The notes: generated by a model from the letters alone, not told the origin. A DNA stretch of 64,000 nt from Candidatus Margulisiibacteriota bacterium (GCA_050250935.1 JBFWNS010000002.1:166433-230432); one strand, 5' to 3'. Counted from the first letter of the stretch, positions 10,096-20,656 are shown. A program made the numbers and translations.

Positions 10096-12933
10096 ATGAT
10101 TCCTTTCTCTTCCCGTCATATCGGCCCCGATGCGGCCGAACAAGCCGTTATGCTGTCTGCCTTGGGCGTTTCTTCTCTGGATGAATTGATTACCCAAACA
10201 GTTCCGAACGACATTCGACTCAACCACCCTTTAAACCTTCATCACCCCGAAACCGAAGCCTCGATGTTGAAAAAACTTCATCAGATTGCGGCTCAAAACA
10301 AACAAACCTTGACCGTAATTGGACAAGGCTATTACGGCACCCACACCCCCTCTGTGATTTTGCGAAATGTCTTGGAAAACCCAGGCTGGTATACCCAATA
10401 TACCCCCTACCAAGCCGAAATTTCTCAAGGTCGCTTGGAAGCTCTGCTGAATTTCCAAACCATGGTATCGGATTTAACCGGATTGCCCGTGGCCAACGCC
10501 TCGTTGTTGGACGAAGGGACAGCAGCCGCAGAAGCCATGACGGTTTTTTGGCGGTCTAAACCCAAATCCAAAAGCGGTGCCACCCATTTTTTTGTTTCCG
10601 AAACCTGCTTTGAACAAACCAAAGCCGTGCTACAAGGTCGGGCCGAACCGCTTGGCATTACCTTGGTGGTTGGGAATCCCAACACCTTTGTGCCAGACGC
10701 CTCGTTTTTTGGGGCTTTGATTCAATATCCCGATGCCACAGGCGATTGCCAAGACTGGCAAGCCTGGACCAGCCGCTGCCACGAAGCCGAAATTTTTGTG
10801 GCCGTTGCCACCGATTTAATGGCCTTGGCCCTGTTAACACCACCCGGCGAATGGGGAGCAGACATTGCCTTTGGGAATTCCCAACGGTTTGGGGTTCCGC
10901 TTGGATTTGGTGGGCCTCATGCTGCTTTTTTTGCCGTTAAAGAAACCTTTCAACGCCAAATCCCAGGTCGCATTATCGGTCTTTCCAAAGACCGATTTGG
11001 CAACCCCGCCTATCGCATGGCCCTTCAGACCCGGGAACAACACATTCGTCGGGAAAAAGCGACTTCGAACATTTGTACAGCCCAAGCCCTTTTGGCCATT
11101 ATGGCGGGGATGTATGCGGTGTATCACGGACCTGTGGGTATTAAGGCCATTGCGTCGGCCATTCATGAGCGGGCTCGGGCTGTTGCTGCGGTTGCCCAAG
11201 GCCTGGGATACATCCGGGTGAACACCCATGCGTTTGATACGGTCACGCTTGAACTCGCCTCTCAACCCCAACGGTTGGCCCGCCTGCAAGCCCTTCAAGG
11301 CCCCATGGGCATTACCCTGGGCCAAGCTGGAACCCGGATTTGGATTTCCGTCGACGAGACCACGGACGAAGCCGATTTGGCGGCCCTGGAATCGATTTTG
11401 ACCCGAGCTACAGACACCTCCAAAACCCCAACCGACTTGCCCACCCTGCTGCCAACCGCCCTGGCCCGGACCAGCGCCTTTTTAACCCACCCTGCCTTTA
11501 CATCCCACCACAGCGAAACCGAAATGATGCGCTACATTAAAAATTTGGAACGCAAAGATTTGTCCCTAACCTCGGCCATGATCCCCCTTGGATCTTGTAC
11601 CATGAAACTCAACGCCGCCACAGAACTGCTGCCCTTAAGTTGGCCAGCCTTTTCAACCTTGCATCCTTTTGTTCCAGCCGCTTTGGCCGGTGGCTATCAC
11701 ACCCTGATTCGTGAACTGGAACAAGCGCTGGGTGCCATCACCGGACTGCCTGGGGTTTCCCTACAACCCAACTCGGGTGCACAAGGCGAGTACGCAGGCT
11801 TAATGGTCATTCGGGCCTATCATCGCCATCACGGACAACCCGAACGTACCGTTGTTTTAATTCCCGCCTCGGCCCACGGTACCAATCCCGCCAGTGCAGC
11901 CTTGGCCGGTATGGACATCGTTGTGGTTGCCTGTCTGGAACATGGGGATGTGGATATGGCCGATCTGGACGCCAAAATTGCCCAACACCGGTCCCGTCTG
12001 GCAGCGCTGATGATTACCTACCCTTCCACCCACGGCGTCTTTGAACCCGGTATTCAAAGCATTTGTAAGCGTATTCATGATGCCGGCGGCTTGGTGTATA
12101 TGGACGGGGCCAACATGAATGCCCAAGTGGGACTCACCTCTCCGGCTTCGATTGGTGCCGATGTCTGTCATTTGAACCTGCATAAAACGTTTGCCATTCC
12201 CCACGGGGGGGGCGGCCCGGGCATGGGCCCGATTTGTGTCCGCGCCGATTTGACACCGTTTTTGCCGTCTCATCCGTTCGCGGACACAAACGAAACCGGC
12301 GTGGCGCCGGTTTCGGCCGCCCCCTGGGGTAGCGCCAGTATCCTGCTCATCTCTTATGTCTATATTTCTCTGATGGGATCCGAGGGACTGACCTTGGCCA
12401 CGCAAACCGCCATTTTAAATGCGAACTACATCAAAACCCGCCTCGAGGCTCACTATCCAGTGCTGTTTGTCGGCGAACAAGGTCGCGTGGCCCACGAACT
12501 GATTTTGGATTTTAGAGACCTTAAAAAACAATCGGGTATCGATGTCGAAGACGTGGCCAAACGGTTGATGGACTATGGCTTCCACGCCCCCACCATGTCT
12601 TTTCCGGTGGCCGGCACACTGATGATCGAGCCCACCGAAAGCGAAAGCCTGGCAGAAATCGACCGCTTTTGCGCAGCCATGATTGCCATTCGGGCCGAAA
12701 TTCAAGCCGTTATCGATGCCCCAGCAACCCGGGACACCTGCCCCCTAAAAATGGCCCCCCACCCCACCACCGATTTGCTAAATTGGACCCATCCCTACAC
12801 CCAAGCCCAAGCCTTTTTTCCTTTGGGGACTTTGGCAGATAAATTTTGGCCGTCTGTGGGGCGCATCGACAATGCCCACGGCGACCGAAACCTGATCTGT
12901 ACCTGCCCACCGGTTTCGGCGTATACGGCTTAG
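10096..12933 (+). CDS. gcvP: Glycine dehydrogenase (decarboxylating), single-chain P protein
   Basis: YTPYQAEISQGRLE, REQHIRREKATSNICT, HLNLHKTF, GDRNLICTC. Confidence 0.97.
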   Translation: MIPFSSRHIGPDAAEQAVMLSALGVSSLDELITQTVPNDIRLNHPLNLHHPETEASMLKKLHQIAAQNKQTLTVIGQGYYGTHTPSVILRNVLENPGWYTQYTPYQAEISQGRLEALLNFQTMVSDLTGLPVANASLLDEGTAAAEAMTVFWRSKPKSKSGATHFFVSETCFEQTKAVLQGRAEPLGITLVVGNPNTFVPDASFFGALIQYPDATGDCQDWQAWTSRCHEAEIFVAVATDLMALALLTPPGEWGADIAFGNSQRFGVPLGFGGPHAAFFAVKETFQRQIPGRIIGLSKDRFGNPAYRMALQTREQHIRREKATSNICTAQALLAIMAGMYAVYHGPVGIKAIASAIHERARAVAAVAQGLGYIRVNTHAFDTVTLELASQPQRLARLQALQGPMGITLGQAGTRIWISVDETTDEADLAALESILTRATDTSKTPTDLPTLLPTALARTSAFLTHPAFTSHHSETEMMRYIKNLERKDLSLTSAMIPLGSCTMKLNAATELLPLSWPAFSTLHPFVPAALAGGYHTLIRELEQALGAITGLPGVSLQPNSGAQGEYAGLMVIRAYHRHHGQPERTVVLIPASAHGTNPASAALAGMDIVVVACLEHGDVDMADLDAKIAQHRSRLAALMITYPSTHGVFEPGIQSICKRIHDAGGLVYMDGANMNAQVGLTSPASIGADVCHLNLHKTFAIPHGGGGPGMGPICVRADLTPFLPSHPFADTNETGVAPVSAAPWGSASILLISYVYISLMGSEGLTLATQTAILNANYIKTRLEAHYPVLFVGEQGRVAHELILDFRDLKKQSGIDVEDVAKRLMDYGFHAPTMSFPVAGTLMIEPTESESLAEIDRFCAAMIAIRAEIQAVIDAPATRDTCPLKMAPHPTTDLLNWTHPYTQAQAFFPLGTLADKFWPSVGRIDNAHGDRNLICTCPPVSAYTA

Positions 12934-12938
12934 GGCCC

Positions 12939-12990
12939 TTGCATTTTGGTGTCCGATTGCTAGAATATGTATAAATAAACTATACATATT
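12939..12990 (+). promoter_or_regulatory. Sigma70-type promoter with palindromic operator for the vapBC module
   Basis: TTGCAT (12939) - 16 bp - TAGAAT (12961). Perfect inverted repeat AATATGTATA (12964-12973) / TATACATATT (12981-12990) overlaps the -10 box. Confidence 0.7.
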
Positions 12991-13002
12991 TAGGAGTTTT
13001 TC

Positions 13003-13248
13003 ATGCAAGCCTCCGTTGTAGAACTTAGAACCAAAATGAAAGACATTACACGGGCCCTGGAGCGCCACGAAACCGTTACCATTCTTAGCCATGGAAAACC
13101 CATTGGCCAATTAGAACCCTTTTCTGGTTCCGTTCAAAAAACCAATCAGAAAGTGGCAAGCCACTCCTATTTTGGATCCCTTGCCCAAACAACAGATTCC
13201 GTAGAGGCCATTATGGATAGGCTTCGTGGCAGCCGTTATGCTCTTTGA
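13003..13248 (+). CDS. Phd/YefM-family antitoxin
   Basis: N-terminal SVVELRTKMKDITRALERHETVTILSHGKPIG pattern, AGGAG RBS, overlaps the PIN toxin gene. Confidence 0.85.
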   Translation: MQASVVELRTKMKDITRALERHETVTILSHGKPIGQLEPFSGSVQKTNQKVASHSYFGSLAQTTDSVEAIMDRLRGSRYAL

Positions 13249-13621
13249 TACGGACATTCTCATTTGGATTCAACGGGGTCACCTTGGGGCTGCTCGCTTG
13301 GTCGATAACGCTGAACACAGGTTCATTTCTATACAAACCTATATGGAACTGCTTCAATGTGCCCCTTCCAAAAAACACCTGCTGATCACAAAACAATTTT
13401 TGGCAGATTTTGAGTTTAAAATTCTGCCACTTACCGAAAATATTGGGCATCGGGCAGCCGTTTATATCGAAGAATACAGCCACAAGGCTGGGCTAAGAGC
13501 TGGAGACGCATTGATTGCGGCAACTGCTGTAGAAAATAATGTGATTCTTGCAACCAGCAATGCCAAACATTTTAGCCCAATTAAGCCGTTGTCTCTTGAA
13601 CTACTGCGGGTAGCTCCTTAA
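13238..13621 (+). CDS. vapC: VapC (PIN-domain) toxin
   Basis: MLFDTDILI, TYMELL, GDALIAATA, TSNAKHF. Confidence 0.9.
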   Translation: MLFDTDILIWIQRGHLGAARLVDNAEHRFISIQTYMELLQCAPSKKHLLITKQFLADFEFKILPLTENIGHRAAVYIEEYSHKAGLRAGDALIAATAVENNVILATSNAKHFSPIKPLSLELLRVAP

Positions 13622-13869
13622 CTTTCTACCGGCAACCGCCGATGTGTCCCATCGCAAAACGGGGCATTGGCGGTGTGTTTGCAGTTGCACAAATACACCG
13701 ATTGGCGATCTTCAACAACAAATTTTTTGGGGACAAACGAGGTCCCAGCATGAGCGCCATCGCAAAATGGCTGTTTGGCGCTGCGCCCACAGCGGCAATA
13801 ATAGTAGGTACCTGGCTCTAAATTTACAGACACCGGACGGCGATCAAAAATAATGGGTTCTTCGCTCAT
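13618..13869 (-). CDS. CDGSH iron-sulfur domain protein (two CDGSH-type motifs)
   Basis: CRCGRSAKQPFCDGAH and CNCKHTANAPFCDGTH. Confidence 0.92.
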   Translation of the reverse strand: MSEEPIIFDRRPVSVNLEPGTYYYCRCGRSAKQPFCDGAHAGTSFVPKKFVVEDRQSVYLCNCKHTANAPFCDGTHRRLPVES

Positions 13870-13976
13870 AAATATCCTTTTTTTCTGTCTCATGCTTTTC
13901 TCCAACAACCGCGCAGCGGGACCCCTTTGAACTTGCTTCAAAGGGGGTCCCCACAACGGCTCCGCCCGTTGTGATT

Positions 13977-14630
13977 CTAATGACTAGAATGCCGAATGAT
14001 CTCGCCTTCTGCCATATAAATGACATCTTCTGCAACGTTGGTGGCGTGGTCGGCAATCCGTTCGAGATGGCGAGAAATGGACAACCAGTTCAGGTAGGTT
14101 TCGACTTTTTCGGGGTTCTTTTTAATCGCCAAAACCAGTTTTTCGCGACAATCGCTTTTGAGGTTATCGATTTCTTTATCCATCACACAAATGTTGCGGG
14201 CCAATTGGGTGTCGAGTTGAACCAAAGAATCCAAACTGAGCTTCAACATCCCTTTTACTTTTTCAATCATGATGGGAAAAAGTTGGGCTTCGGGAACAGG
14301 ATCTGTTACCAAAAAGGGGATTTTTTTGGCGATGTTAATGGCCAAATCCGAAATACGTTCCAAGTCGTTGGTGATTTTTAATACCGCAACAATAAAGCGC
14401 AGGTTAACGGCCACGGGCTGATACAGGGCCAGAATTTTCAAACATTCTTCTTCAACCGCAATTTCCATCATGTCCACTTCGTCGTCGGCTTTGATGACTT
14501 GATCGGCCAACTCGTTGTCCATGGTGGCCAAGGCTTTGGCCGACAATTGTAAATTTTCTTCAACCAAGGTGCTTAACACCAAAAACTTCTTTTTTAATTC
14601 TTCGATTTCACGTTCAAAATGGTTTCGCAT
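13977..14630 (-). CDS. phoU: Phosphate signalling protein PhoU
   Basis: DDEVD..E, YQPVAVNLR, DLERISD, HLERIADHATNVAE; GAAGGAG RBS. Confidence 0.96.
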   Translation of the reverse strand: MRNHFEREIEELKKKFLVLSTLVEENLQLSAKALATMDNELADQVIKADDEVDMMEIAVEEECLKILALYQPVAVNLRFIVAVLKITNDLERISDLAINIAKKIPFLVTDPVPEAQLFPIMIEKVKGMLKLSLDSLVQLDTQLARNICVMDKEIDNLKSDCREKLVLAIKKNPEKVETYLNWLSISRHLERIADHATNVAEDVIYMAEGEIIRHSSH

Positions 14631-14654
14631 AACCAACTCCTTCGGTCTGAATTT

Positions 14655-16388
14655 CTAGGGCAGATTCACTGTAAACTGAGAGCCTTTTCCAACCTCGCTT
14701 TTGACCTCAATAGATCCATTATGGGCTTGAACAATATGCTTGACAATAGCCAAGCCCAAACCGGTACCGCCTACCGCCCTGTTCCGAGATTTGTCGATCC
14801 GATAAAACCGTTCAAACAAATGGGGCAAGTGCTCGGATTCGATGCCTGCACCCTGGTCTTGAACCGTCACAGAAACCCCACCATCGGGCAATGATTCTGC
14901 TTTGAGTTGGACATCGGCCTCGCTGTATTTGAGGGCATTGTCCAGTAAATTAATGATGGCCTGTTCAAACAAACGGGCATTTAAAGCTGCTTCGAGATGG
15001 TCTTCGCAAGACAGTGTCAGGATCCGATTTTGCTGTTGGGCCAGTGGCAAATTCGCTTCTAGGGCGGCTTTTAGAATGGGGGCTAGTTTTTGGGGCTCCA
15101 GAACCATGGCTTCTTTTTCGTTTTCGATGGCAGCAAGGGCCAACAAATCGTCCACAATAGCGCCCAATCGGTCGGTGTGACGTTGGGCCATGGTCAGGAA
15201 TTTGACGCGGTCTGCATCGGAGGGGGCATCGTGAAGGGTTTCGAGAGCCCCTTTAATGGCCGTGATGGGGGTTTTGAGTTCATGGGATACATTGGCCACA
15301 AATTGGCGTCTGGCAGCTTCAAGCTGCTTAAGGCGGGTGACATCATGCAGAATCACCACCACACCGGCCAAGTGGTTATGTTTTGAAAAAACCGTGGCTG
15401 TGGCCGAATAATGGGTTTGGCTATCTGGACCCAACAACTCCACCGCTCCCGTGTTGCCACTGGCCAGAACCCCTTCAACCAAGCGAATAACATCAAATTG
15501 TCGAAAAACCTCTTGCAAGGATTTTCCAATGGCCTTATCCACCTCGAAGCGAAGCCAAGGCGCCACCCAATCGTTGGCGTAAATCAGGGTCTGATCCAAG
15601 CCCACCAACACAATCCCGCTGCCCACGCTATCCAAAACGGCTGCCAGATCTTGGGTGGATTGAAGTCGAACCCGAAATTGTTCCAACAAGGTGTTCATGG
15701 TGTCGCCTAGCAAATAGAGCTCTTCTGCAGCCCCTTCTAGGGGAGGAATCTGGCCACTATTGCCTGCCGACACCTGCTCGGCATGGTGCCGAAGTTTTTC
15801 CATGGGTTTTCCAATGCGGTGGGCGATGGCCAAACTGACAATAATGGCCAACATCACCAAAATCAGGCTCCCTGGCACCAGATGCAAATAGACATCCCGA
15901 AAGGTCGCTTCGATCACGGTAATCGGCAGGGACATCATCACCACACCCCGAATACGATCATTGTCGGTAATCGGGACGGCAACATCCATCATCATTTCAG
16001 CGCGCTTGGCGTTATATTGCACTTGAAATTGTTTGGGCCATTTTAAAGCCATTTGAAGGTCTGTGGGGTTCAGCGCAACCTCGCGATACACCCCTTTGTT
16101 GGTGTCGGCCACCACGGCCCCACCCGGCACAATAATGCGCACCGTTGCCCCCGATTTGATGGCCAGATCTTCGGCCACCCATTGCAGGGATCTATAGTTC
16201 TGGGCCTCGAGCCTGCGGGCAATTTGCGATTTGACAGGTTCGACTTTGGCCTTTAAGCCGGAGGCGGTGTTTTCATCATAAAATTTTCGAAAAGACAGGG
16301 TGGCATACCCCAAAACCAATACAAAGGACACCATGGCCAAGATCAAATAAGACGGAAAAAGCTGCCAAAGCAAAGGACGACGTTTCAT
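14655..16388 (-). CDS. phoR: Sensor histidine kinase PhoR (TM-HAMP-PAS-HisKA-HATPase)
   Basis: FVANVSHELKTP, NLLDNALKYS, FERFYRIDKSR, GTGLGL; located in the pst operon. Confidence 0.92.
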   Translation of the reverse strand: MKRRPLLWQLFPSYLILAMVSFVLVLGYATLSFRKFYDENTASGLKAKVEPVKSQIARRLEAQNYRSLQWVAEDLAIKSGATVRIIVPGGAVVADTNKGVYREVALNPTDLQMALKWPKQFQVQYNAKRAEMMMDVAVPITDNDRIRGVVMMSLPITVIEATFRDVYLHLVPGSLILVMLAIIVSLAIAHRIGKPMEKLRHHAEQVSAGNSGQIPPLEGAAEELYLLGDTMNTLLEQFRVRLQSTQDLAAVLDSVGSGIVLVGLDQTLIYANDWVAPWLRFEVDKAIGKSLQEVFRQFDVIRLVEGVLASGNTGAVELLGPDSQTHYSATATVFSKHNHLAGVVVILHDVTRLKQLEAARRQFVANVSHELKTPITAIKGALETLHDAPSDADRVKFLTMAQRHTDRLGAIVDDLLALAAIENEKEAMVLEPQKLAPILKAALEANLPLAQQQNRILTLSCEDHLEAALNARLFEQAIINLLDNALKYSEADVQLKAESLPDGGVSVTVQDQGAGIESEHLPHLFERFYRIDKSRNRAVGGTGLGLAIVKHIVQAHNGSIEVKSEVGKGSQFTVNLP

Positions 16389-17077
16389 GATTTTTCTTCT
16401 TTAAAGCGGTATCCGACCCCGCGGATGGTTTCGATCCAATCGGCGGCAGATCCTAGTTTTTTGCGTAATTTTACCATCAATACGTCCACGGTTCGATCGG
16501 TTACCACATGGTCTTCCCCCCGAACCGCTTCTACAATTTGATAGCGACTGAACACCCATCCCGGTTTTTCGGACAAAAATTGCAGCACTTTAAACTCGGA
16601 GGCTGTTAATTCTATGCGTTGATTATCGACGGTAACCGATACCCGACCGGGATCAATACAAAGACTTCCAAAGCGCCGAAGTGACTGTGGCATTGGCTGC
16701 CCTGTTTCTGACCTGCGAAAGATGGCCCGAATTCTGGCGATGAGCACCTTAAAACTAAAGGGTTTGGCCAAATAGTCATCAGCGCCCAGTTCCAAACCCA
16801 ACACCACGTCCACCTCTTCGGACTTGGCCGTTAGCATGATGATGGGCATGTGGGCCGTTTTGGGGTTGGCTTTGATCTGGCGGCAAATATCCAGACCATT
16901 GGTCACGGGTAACATCACATCCAACACCACCAAATCGGGGGCTGCGGAGAGGGCTGTTTCCAACCCCTTTTCGCCGGAACCCGCGGTGAGAACCTCATAC
17001 CCTTCTTTGGCGAGGTGGTAGCGAATGAGCTCTAGAACATCGGCTTCATCCTCGACCACCAAAATGGTTTTGGCCAT
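16385..17077 (-). CDS. phoB: OmpR-family response regulator PhoB/PhoP
   Basis: ILVVEDE, LDVMLP, GADDYLAKPF, winged helix RTVDV..LRKKL and IETIRGVGY. ATG overlaps the pstB stop (TAATG). Confidence 0.92.
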   Translation of the reverse strand: MAKTILVVEDEADVLELIRYHLAKEGYEVLTAGSGEKGLETALSAAPDLVVLDVMLPVTNGLDICRQIKANPKTAHMPIIMLTAKSEEVDVVLGLELGADDYLAKPFSFKVLIARIRAIFRRSETGQPMPQSLRRFGSLCIDPGRVSVTVDNQRIELTASEFKVLQFLSEKPGWVFSRYQIVEAVRGEDHVVTDRTVDVLMVKLRKKLGSAADWIETIRGVGYRFKEEKS

Positions 17078-17835
17078 TACCCAAATTTTCCAGTCAGATA
17101 TTCTTCGGTACGTTTGTCTTCGGGCACCGTAAAGAGCTTTTTGGTTTCGCCAAATTCCACCAATTCTCCCAAATACATAAAGGCCGTATAGTCGGAAATT
17201 CGAGACGCCTGAGCTGTGTTGTGGGTAACCATAATGATGGTGATGGTGTTTTTGAGTTCGAACAGCAGTTCTTCGATGTGGGCGGTGGCCTTGGGATCCA
17301 AAGCCGAGGTCGGCTCGTCCAACAGCAAAATTCTGGGATTCATGGCCAAGGCCCTGGCAATACACAACCGTTGCTGTTGCCCACCAGATAAAAACGTACC
17401 CGTGCGGTGCAGGTTGTCTTTAACCTCGTCCCACAAGGCCGCTTTGCGAAGCGATTCTTCGACAATTTTTTCTTTTTCGGCTTTGGACAAGCGAATGCCG
17501 TTCAGTTGATAACCAGCAATGACGTTGCCAAAAATACTCATGGTCGGAAAAGGATTGGGGCGTTGAAACACCATGCCAATTTTCCGCCTTAACAAAATGG
17601 GGCTGATGGCAAAAATATCCCGGCCATACAGCAGAATTTTGCCTTCGGTTTTGCCGTTGGGAACCAGCTCGTGCATGCGGTTAATACAGCGAATCATCGA
17701 GGTTTTTCCGCAGCCGGAAGGCCCCATGATGGCCGTTAGTTTTTTGCGTTCAAACCGCAAATGAACCCCTTTGAGAATCTCTTGATCGCCGATGCTGTAT
17801 TTTAAGTTTTGAATGTCTAAAACGGCTTCTTTCAT
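17077..17835 (-). CDS. pstB: Phosphate ABC transporter ATP-binding protein
   Basis: GPSGCGKT, MVFQRPNPF, LSGGQQQRL, LLDEPTSALDP, YLTGKFG. Confidence 0.97.
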   Translation of the reverse strand: MKEAVLDIQNLKYSIGDQEILKGVHLRFERKKLTAIMGPSGCGKTSMIRCINRMHELVPNGKTEGKILLYGRDIFAISPILLRRKIGMVFQRPNPFPTMSIFGNVIAGYQLNGIRLSKAEKEKIVEESLRKAALWDEVKDNLHRTGTFLSGGQQQRLCIARALAMNPRILLLDEPTSALDPKATAHIEELLFELKNTITIIMVTHNTAQASRISDYTAFMYLGELVEFGETKKLFTVPEDKRTEEYLTGKFG

Positions 17836-17841
17836 GGTGAC

Positions 17842-18681
17842 CTACTTTCTGGATACAAAAAACTTGGTGGAGACGTTTAACACAAAAATAACCGATACCA
17901 ACACAAGGGCCGCCCCCCAGGCCATCGTGTGCCAATCCTCGTATGGACTGGTGGCATAATTAAAAATAATCAGAGGCAGCGAACTGATGGGTTTAAACAC
18001 ATTAAAGCTGACAAAAGGGCTTCCAAAGGCCGTAAACAACAAGGGGGCTGTTTCGCCGGCTACCCGGGCAACGCTTAATAGAATACCGGATACTATCCCT
18101 ACCCGGGCCGAAGGAACAACGACCTTTAAAAGGGTTCGGTAATACGGAACACCCAAGCCCAAAGAGGCTTCTTTTAGGGTTTGCGGAATCAATTTAAGGG
18201 TTTCTTCGGAGGTTCTAATGATGACGGGCAACATCATCAGGGCCAAGGCGACGCTACCGGCAAAGGCGGAAAATTTTCCCATGGGCAAGACCACCCACAC
18301 ATAGGCCACCACGCCCACCACAATAGAGGGGGTTCCTTGCAAGACTTCCACACAAACCCGAACCCAATAGGCCAAAGCACTGTTTTTGTATTCAGCCAAA
18401 TAAATCCCCACAAAAATGCCGGTTGGAACTGCCAAAACCGAGGCCAAAAACACCAAGCCAGCAGACCCAATCAGGGCATTCAAAATTCCCCCACCAGGCT
18501 CCCCAACTGGGGCTGGAACATGGACAAAAAAGCTGGGGTGTATGGCTTTGGCCCCACTTGCCACCACATGCCACAACACCAAGGCCAAAGGAACCAACAA
18601 GGCAATCGACAACAACCAAACCAAGCCCTTAAACACGTGGTGTTTAAACAGCCGGATTTGAAGCGTTTCTGCCCCCCTCAT
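17842..18681 (-). CDS. pstA: Phosphate ABC transporter permease PstA
   Basis: PSIVVG, EASLGLG, ARVAGETAPL. Confidence 0.96.
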   Translation of the reverse strand: MRGAETLQIRLFKHHVFKGLVWLLSIALLVPLALVLWHVVASGAKAIHPSFFVHVPAPVGEPGGGILNALIGSAGLVFLASVLAVPTGIFVGIYLAEYKNSALAYWVRVCVEVLQGTPSIVVGVVAYVWVVLPMGKFSAFAGSVALALMMLPVIIRTSEETLKLIPQTLKEASLGLGVPYYRTLLKVVVPSARVGIVSGILLSVARVAGETAPLLFTAFGSPFVSFNVFKPISSLPLIIFNYATSPYEDWHTMAWGAALVLVSVIFVLNVSTKFFVSRK

Positions 18682-19586
18682 CGTAGACTCAATCGGTTGA
18701 TGATCAACCGCCCAATCATGCTAATAACTGTGGTGACAATAAAGAGCAACAACCCAATTTCGATCAGGCTCGACAAATACAATTGCCCCGTTGCTTCGGC
18801 AAATTCGTTCGCGATAACCGTGGCCATGGTGGTGGAAGGGCTAAAAATGCTGGTGGGTAAAATGTTGGCGTTGCCAATAACCATGGTTACGGCCATGGTT
18901 TCACCCAAAGCTCGGCCCAGGGCCAACAATTGACCGGCAAAAATCCCGGACCGGGCATAGGGCAAAATCACTTTCCACATCACTTCGGTTGGGGTTGCCC
19001 CCAAGGACAGGGCTGCTTCTTTTAAATCTTGGGGCACCAGCTGAATCACTTCTTTGGCCAAGGAGGCACCGTAAGGCACAATCATGATGGCCAATATCAG
19101 GGCCGCTGTAAAAATGCCCACACCATAAGGGATAATGCCCAGCCCAATTTCAAGCTGTCGAACAAAGGGAACCACCACGAACAGACCCCAAAATCCGTAA
19201 ATCACAGAGGGGATACTGGCCAGAACATCCACGGCACTGCCCAAGAAAAAGGCGATTTTACCGTGGCGAAAATACTCGCCCAAAAAAATCGCTATGGCCA
19301 AAGAAAAAGGCAAGGCAATCACACAAGCCAAAAAAGAGGTCAGCAAGGTTCCCAGCAAAAAGGAGAGTCCGCCAAATTCCCCGAATACCGGATCCCAGTT
19401 TTCTTTGTAAAAGAATCCAAATCCATGGTGAACAATGGCCGGCCAGGATTCCACCACCAAGGTCCCCAAAATCCCCAAAAGAATCAGAATCATCACCACC
19501 CCAGAGGCAACCAGGGCTTTCTGAAACACAAATTCTTTCAGATCAAACAGGGCAGAACTGTCTTGGATGACCTCTAGATCCGACAT
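18678..19586 (-). CDS. pstC: Phosphate ABC transporter permease PstC
   Basis: IPSVIYGFWG, EAALSLGAT, GRALGETMAV. Confidence 0.96.
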   Translation of the reverse strand: MSDLEVIQDSSALFDLKEFVFQKALVASGVVMILILLGILGTLVVESWPAIVHHGFGFFYKENWDPVFGEFGGLSFLLGTLLTSFLACVIALPFSLAIAIFLGEYFRHGKIAFFLGSAVDVLASIPSVIYGFWGLFVVVPFVRQLEIGLGIIPYGVGIFTAALILAIMIVPYGASLAKEVIQLVPQDLKEAALSLGATPTEVMWKVILPYARSGIFAGQLLALGRALGETMAVTMVIGNANILPTSIFSPSTTMATVIANEFAEATGQLYLSSLIEIGLLLFIVTTVISMIGRLIINRLSLR

Positions 19587-19587
19587 G

Positions 19588-20625
19588 CTAGCGCACGGGC
19601 CTCCCGAAATAGGTTAAGGAACTGGCCAAGGTTTCGGCTTGTTTTTGAACATTTTTAGGCAGTGGCGCATAGTCCAAAGGTTTGGCATAGCGCTGGCCAT
19701 CTCGAATGATCCATTTTAAAAGGCCAGAAAGGGTTTCTGCAGTTTGAAGTTTGCGGTTGTTGTAGTTTTGCTCTTTGTACACAATCAACCAGGTAAAACT
19801 GCTGATGGGATACCCCGTTTTGGCAGCAGTATCGGTGATCGACACCCGGGTGTGAGACGGAATGGGAATGGTGGCTGAGGCCGAAATGGCATCGAGTGTT
19901 GGGGCCACATAGGCGCCGCTTTTGTTGCGAATGGCCGCATAGGTCAGCTTGTTTTGCAGCACATAGGCCAATTCGCTATAGCCCACACTGCCTGGTGTCA
20001 GCTTTAACATGCCAGCCACCCCTTCGTTGCCTTTGGCACCCAAACCCAAGGGCCATTTTACAGAGGTTCCTTGGCCCACTTTTTTGAGCCAAGCGGGGCT
20101 GACTTTACACAGATAGTCGGTAAACACAAAGGTGGTCCCACTGCCATCGGAACGGTGAATCACCACCACAGGCAAAGCCGGAATGGCCACGCCGGGGTTG
20201 ACGGCCTTAATTTTGGGATCATTCCATTTTTTAATGGTTCCCATAAAAAGACCCGACACGATTTCTGGGGTGAGTTTTAGGGTTTTAACCCCTGGCAAAT
20301 TAAACACAACGGCAACAGCCCCCATGCAGGTGGGAATATGAAGCAGTTCTCCTGGGGCTTTTTTAAGTTCTGCATCGCTCATGAAGCCATCGGTGGCCCC
20401 AAAATCGACGGTTTTGTTTAAGATTTGGCGAATGCCGCCCCCAGACCCAATGGACTGATAGTTCACCTGAACCTTTTTTTGTTTGGCATACTCGCTAAAA
20501 AGTTTGGAATAAAAAGGATAGGGAAAGGTTGCCCCCGCCCCCAACAACTGTGCAGCCTGGGCTGGAAAAGACATCAACACCGCAACCAAAAGGGACAACA
20601 CCAATTGCAATCGCAAACGCTTCAT
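19588..20625 (-). CDS. pstS: Phosphate-binding periplasmic protein PstS
   Basis: Signal peptide, GAGATFPYP, YQSIGSGGG, HRSDGSGTT. Confidence 0.97.
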   Translation of the reverse strand: MKRLRLQLVLSLLVAVLMSFPAQAAQLLGAGATFPYPFYSKLFSEYAKQKKVQVNYQSIGSGGGIRQILNKTVDFGATDGFMSDAELKKAPGELLHIPTCMGAVAVVFNLPGVKTLKLTPEIVSGLFMGTIKKWNDPKIKAVNPGVAIPALPVVVIHRSDGSGTTFVFTDYLCKVSPAWLKKVGQGTSVKWPLGLGAKGNEGVAGMLKLTPGSVGYSELAYVLQNKLTYAAIRNKSGAYVAPTLDAISASATIPIPSHTRVSITDTAAKTGYPISSFTWLIVYKEQNYNNRKLQTAETLSGLLKWIIRDGQRYAKPLDYAPLPKNVQKQAETLASSLTYFGRPVR

Positions 20626-20656
20626 CAGGGATCTCCAAAATCTAAGTTTTGAGCTT

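Noticed and set aside
17078..17365. Long N-terminal extension on PhoB in the ORF track (326 aa)
   Set aside because: It is an alternative frame within pstB; the real start is the ATG at 17077 overlapping the pstB stop.
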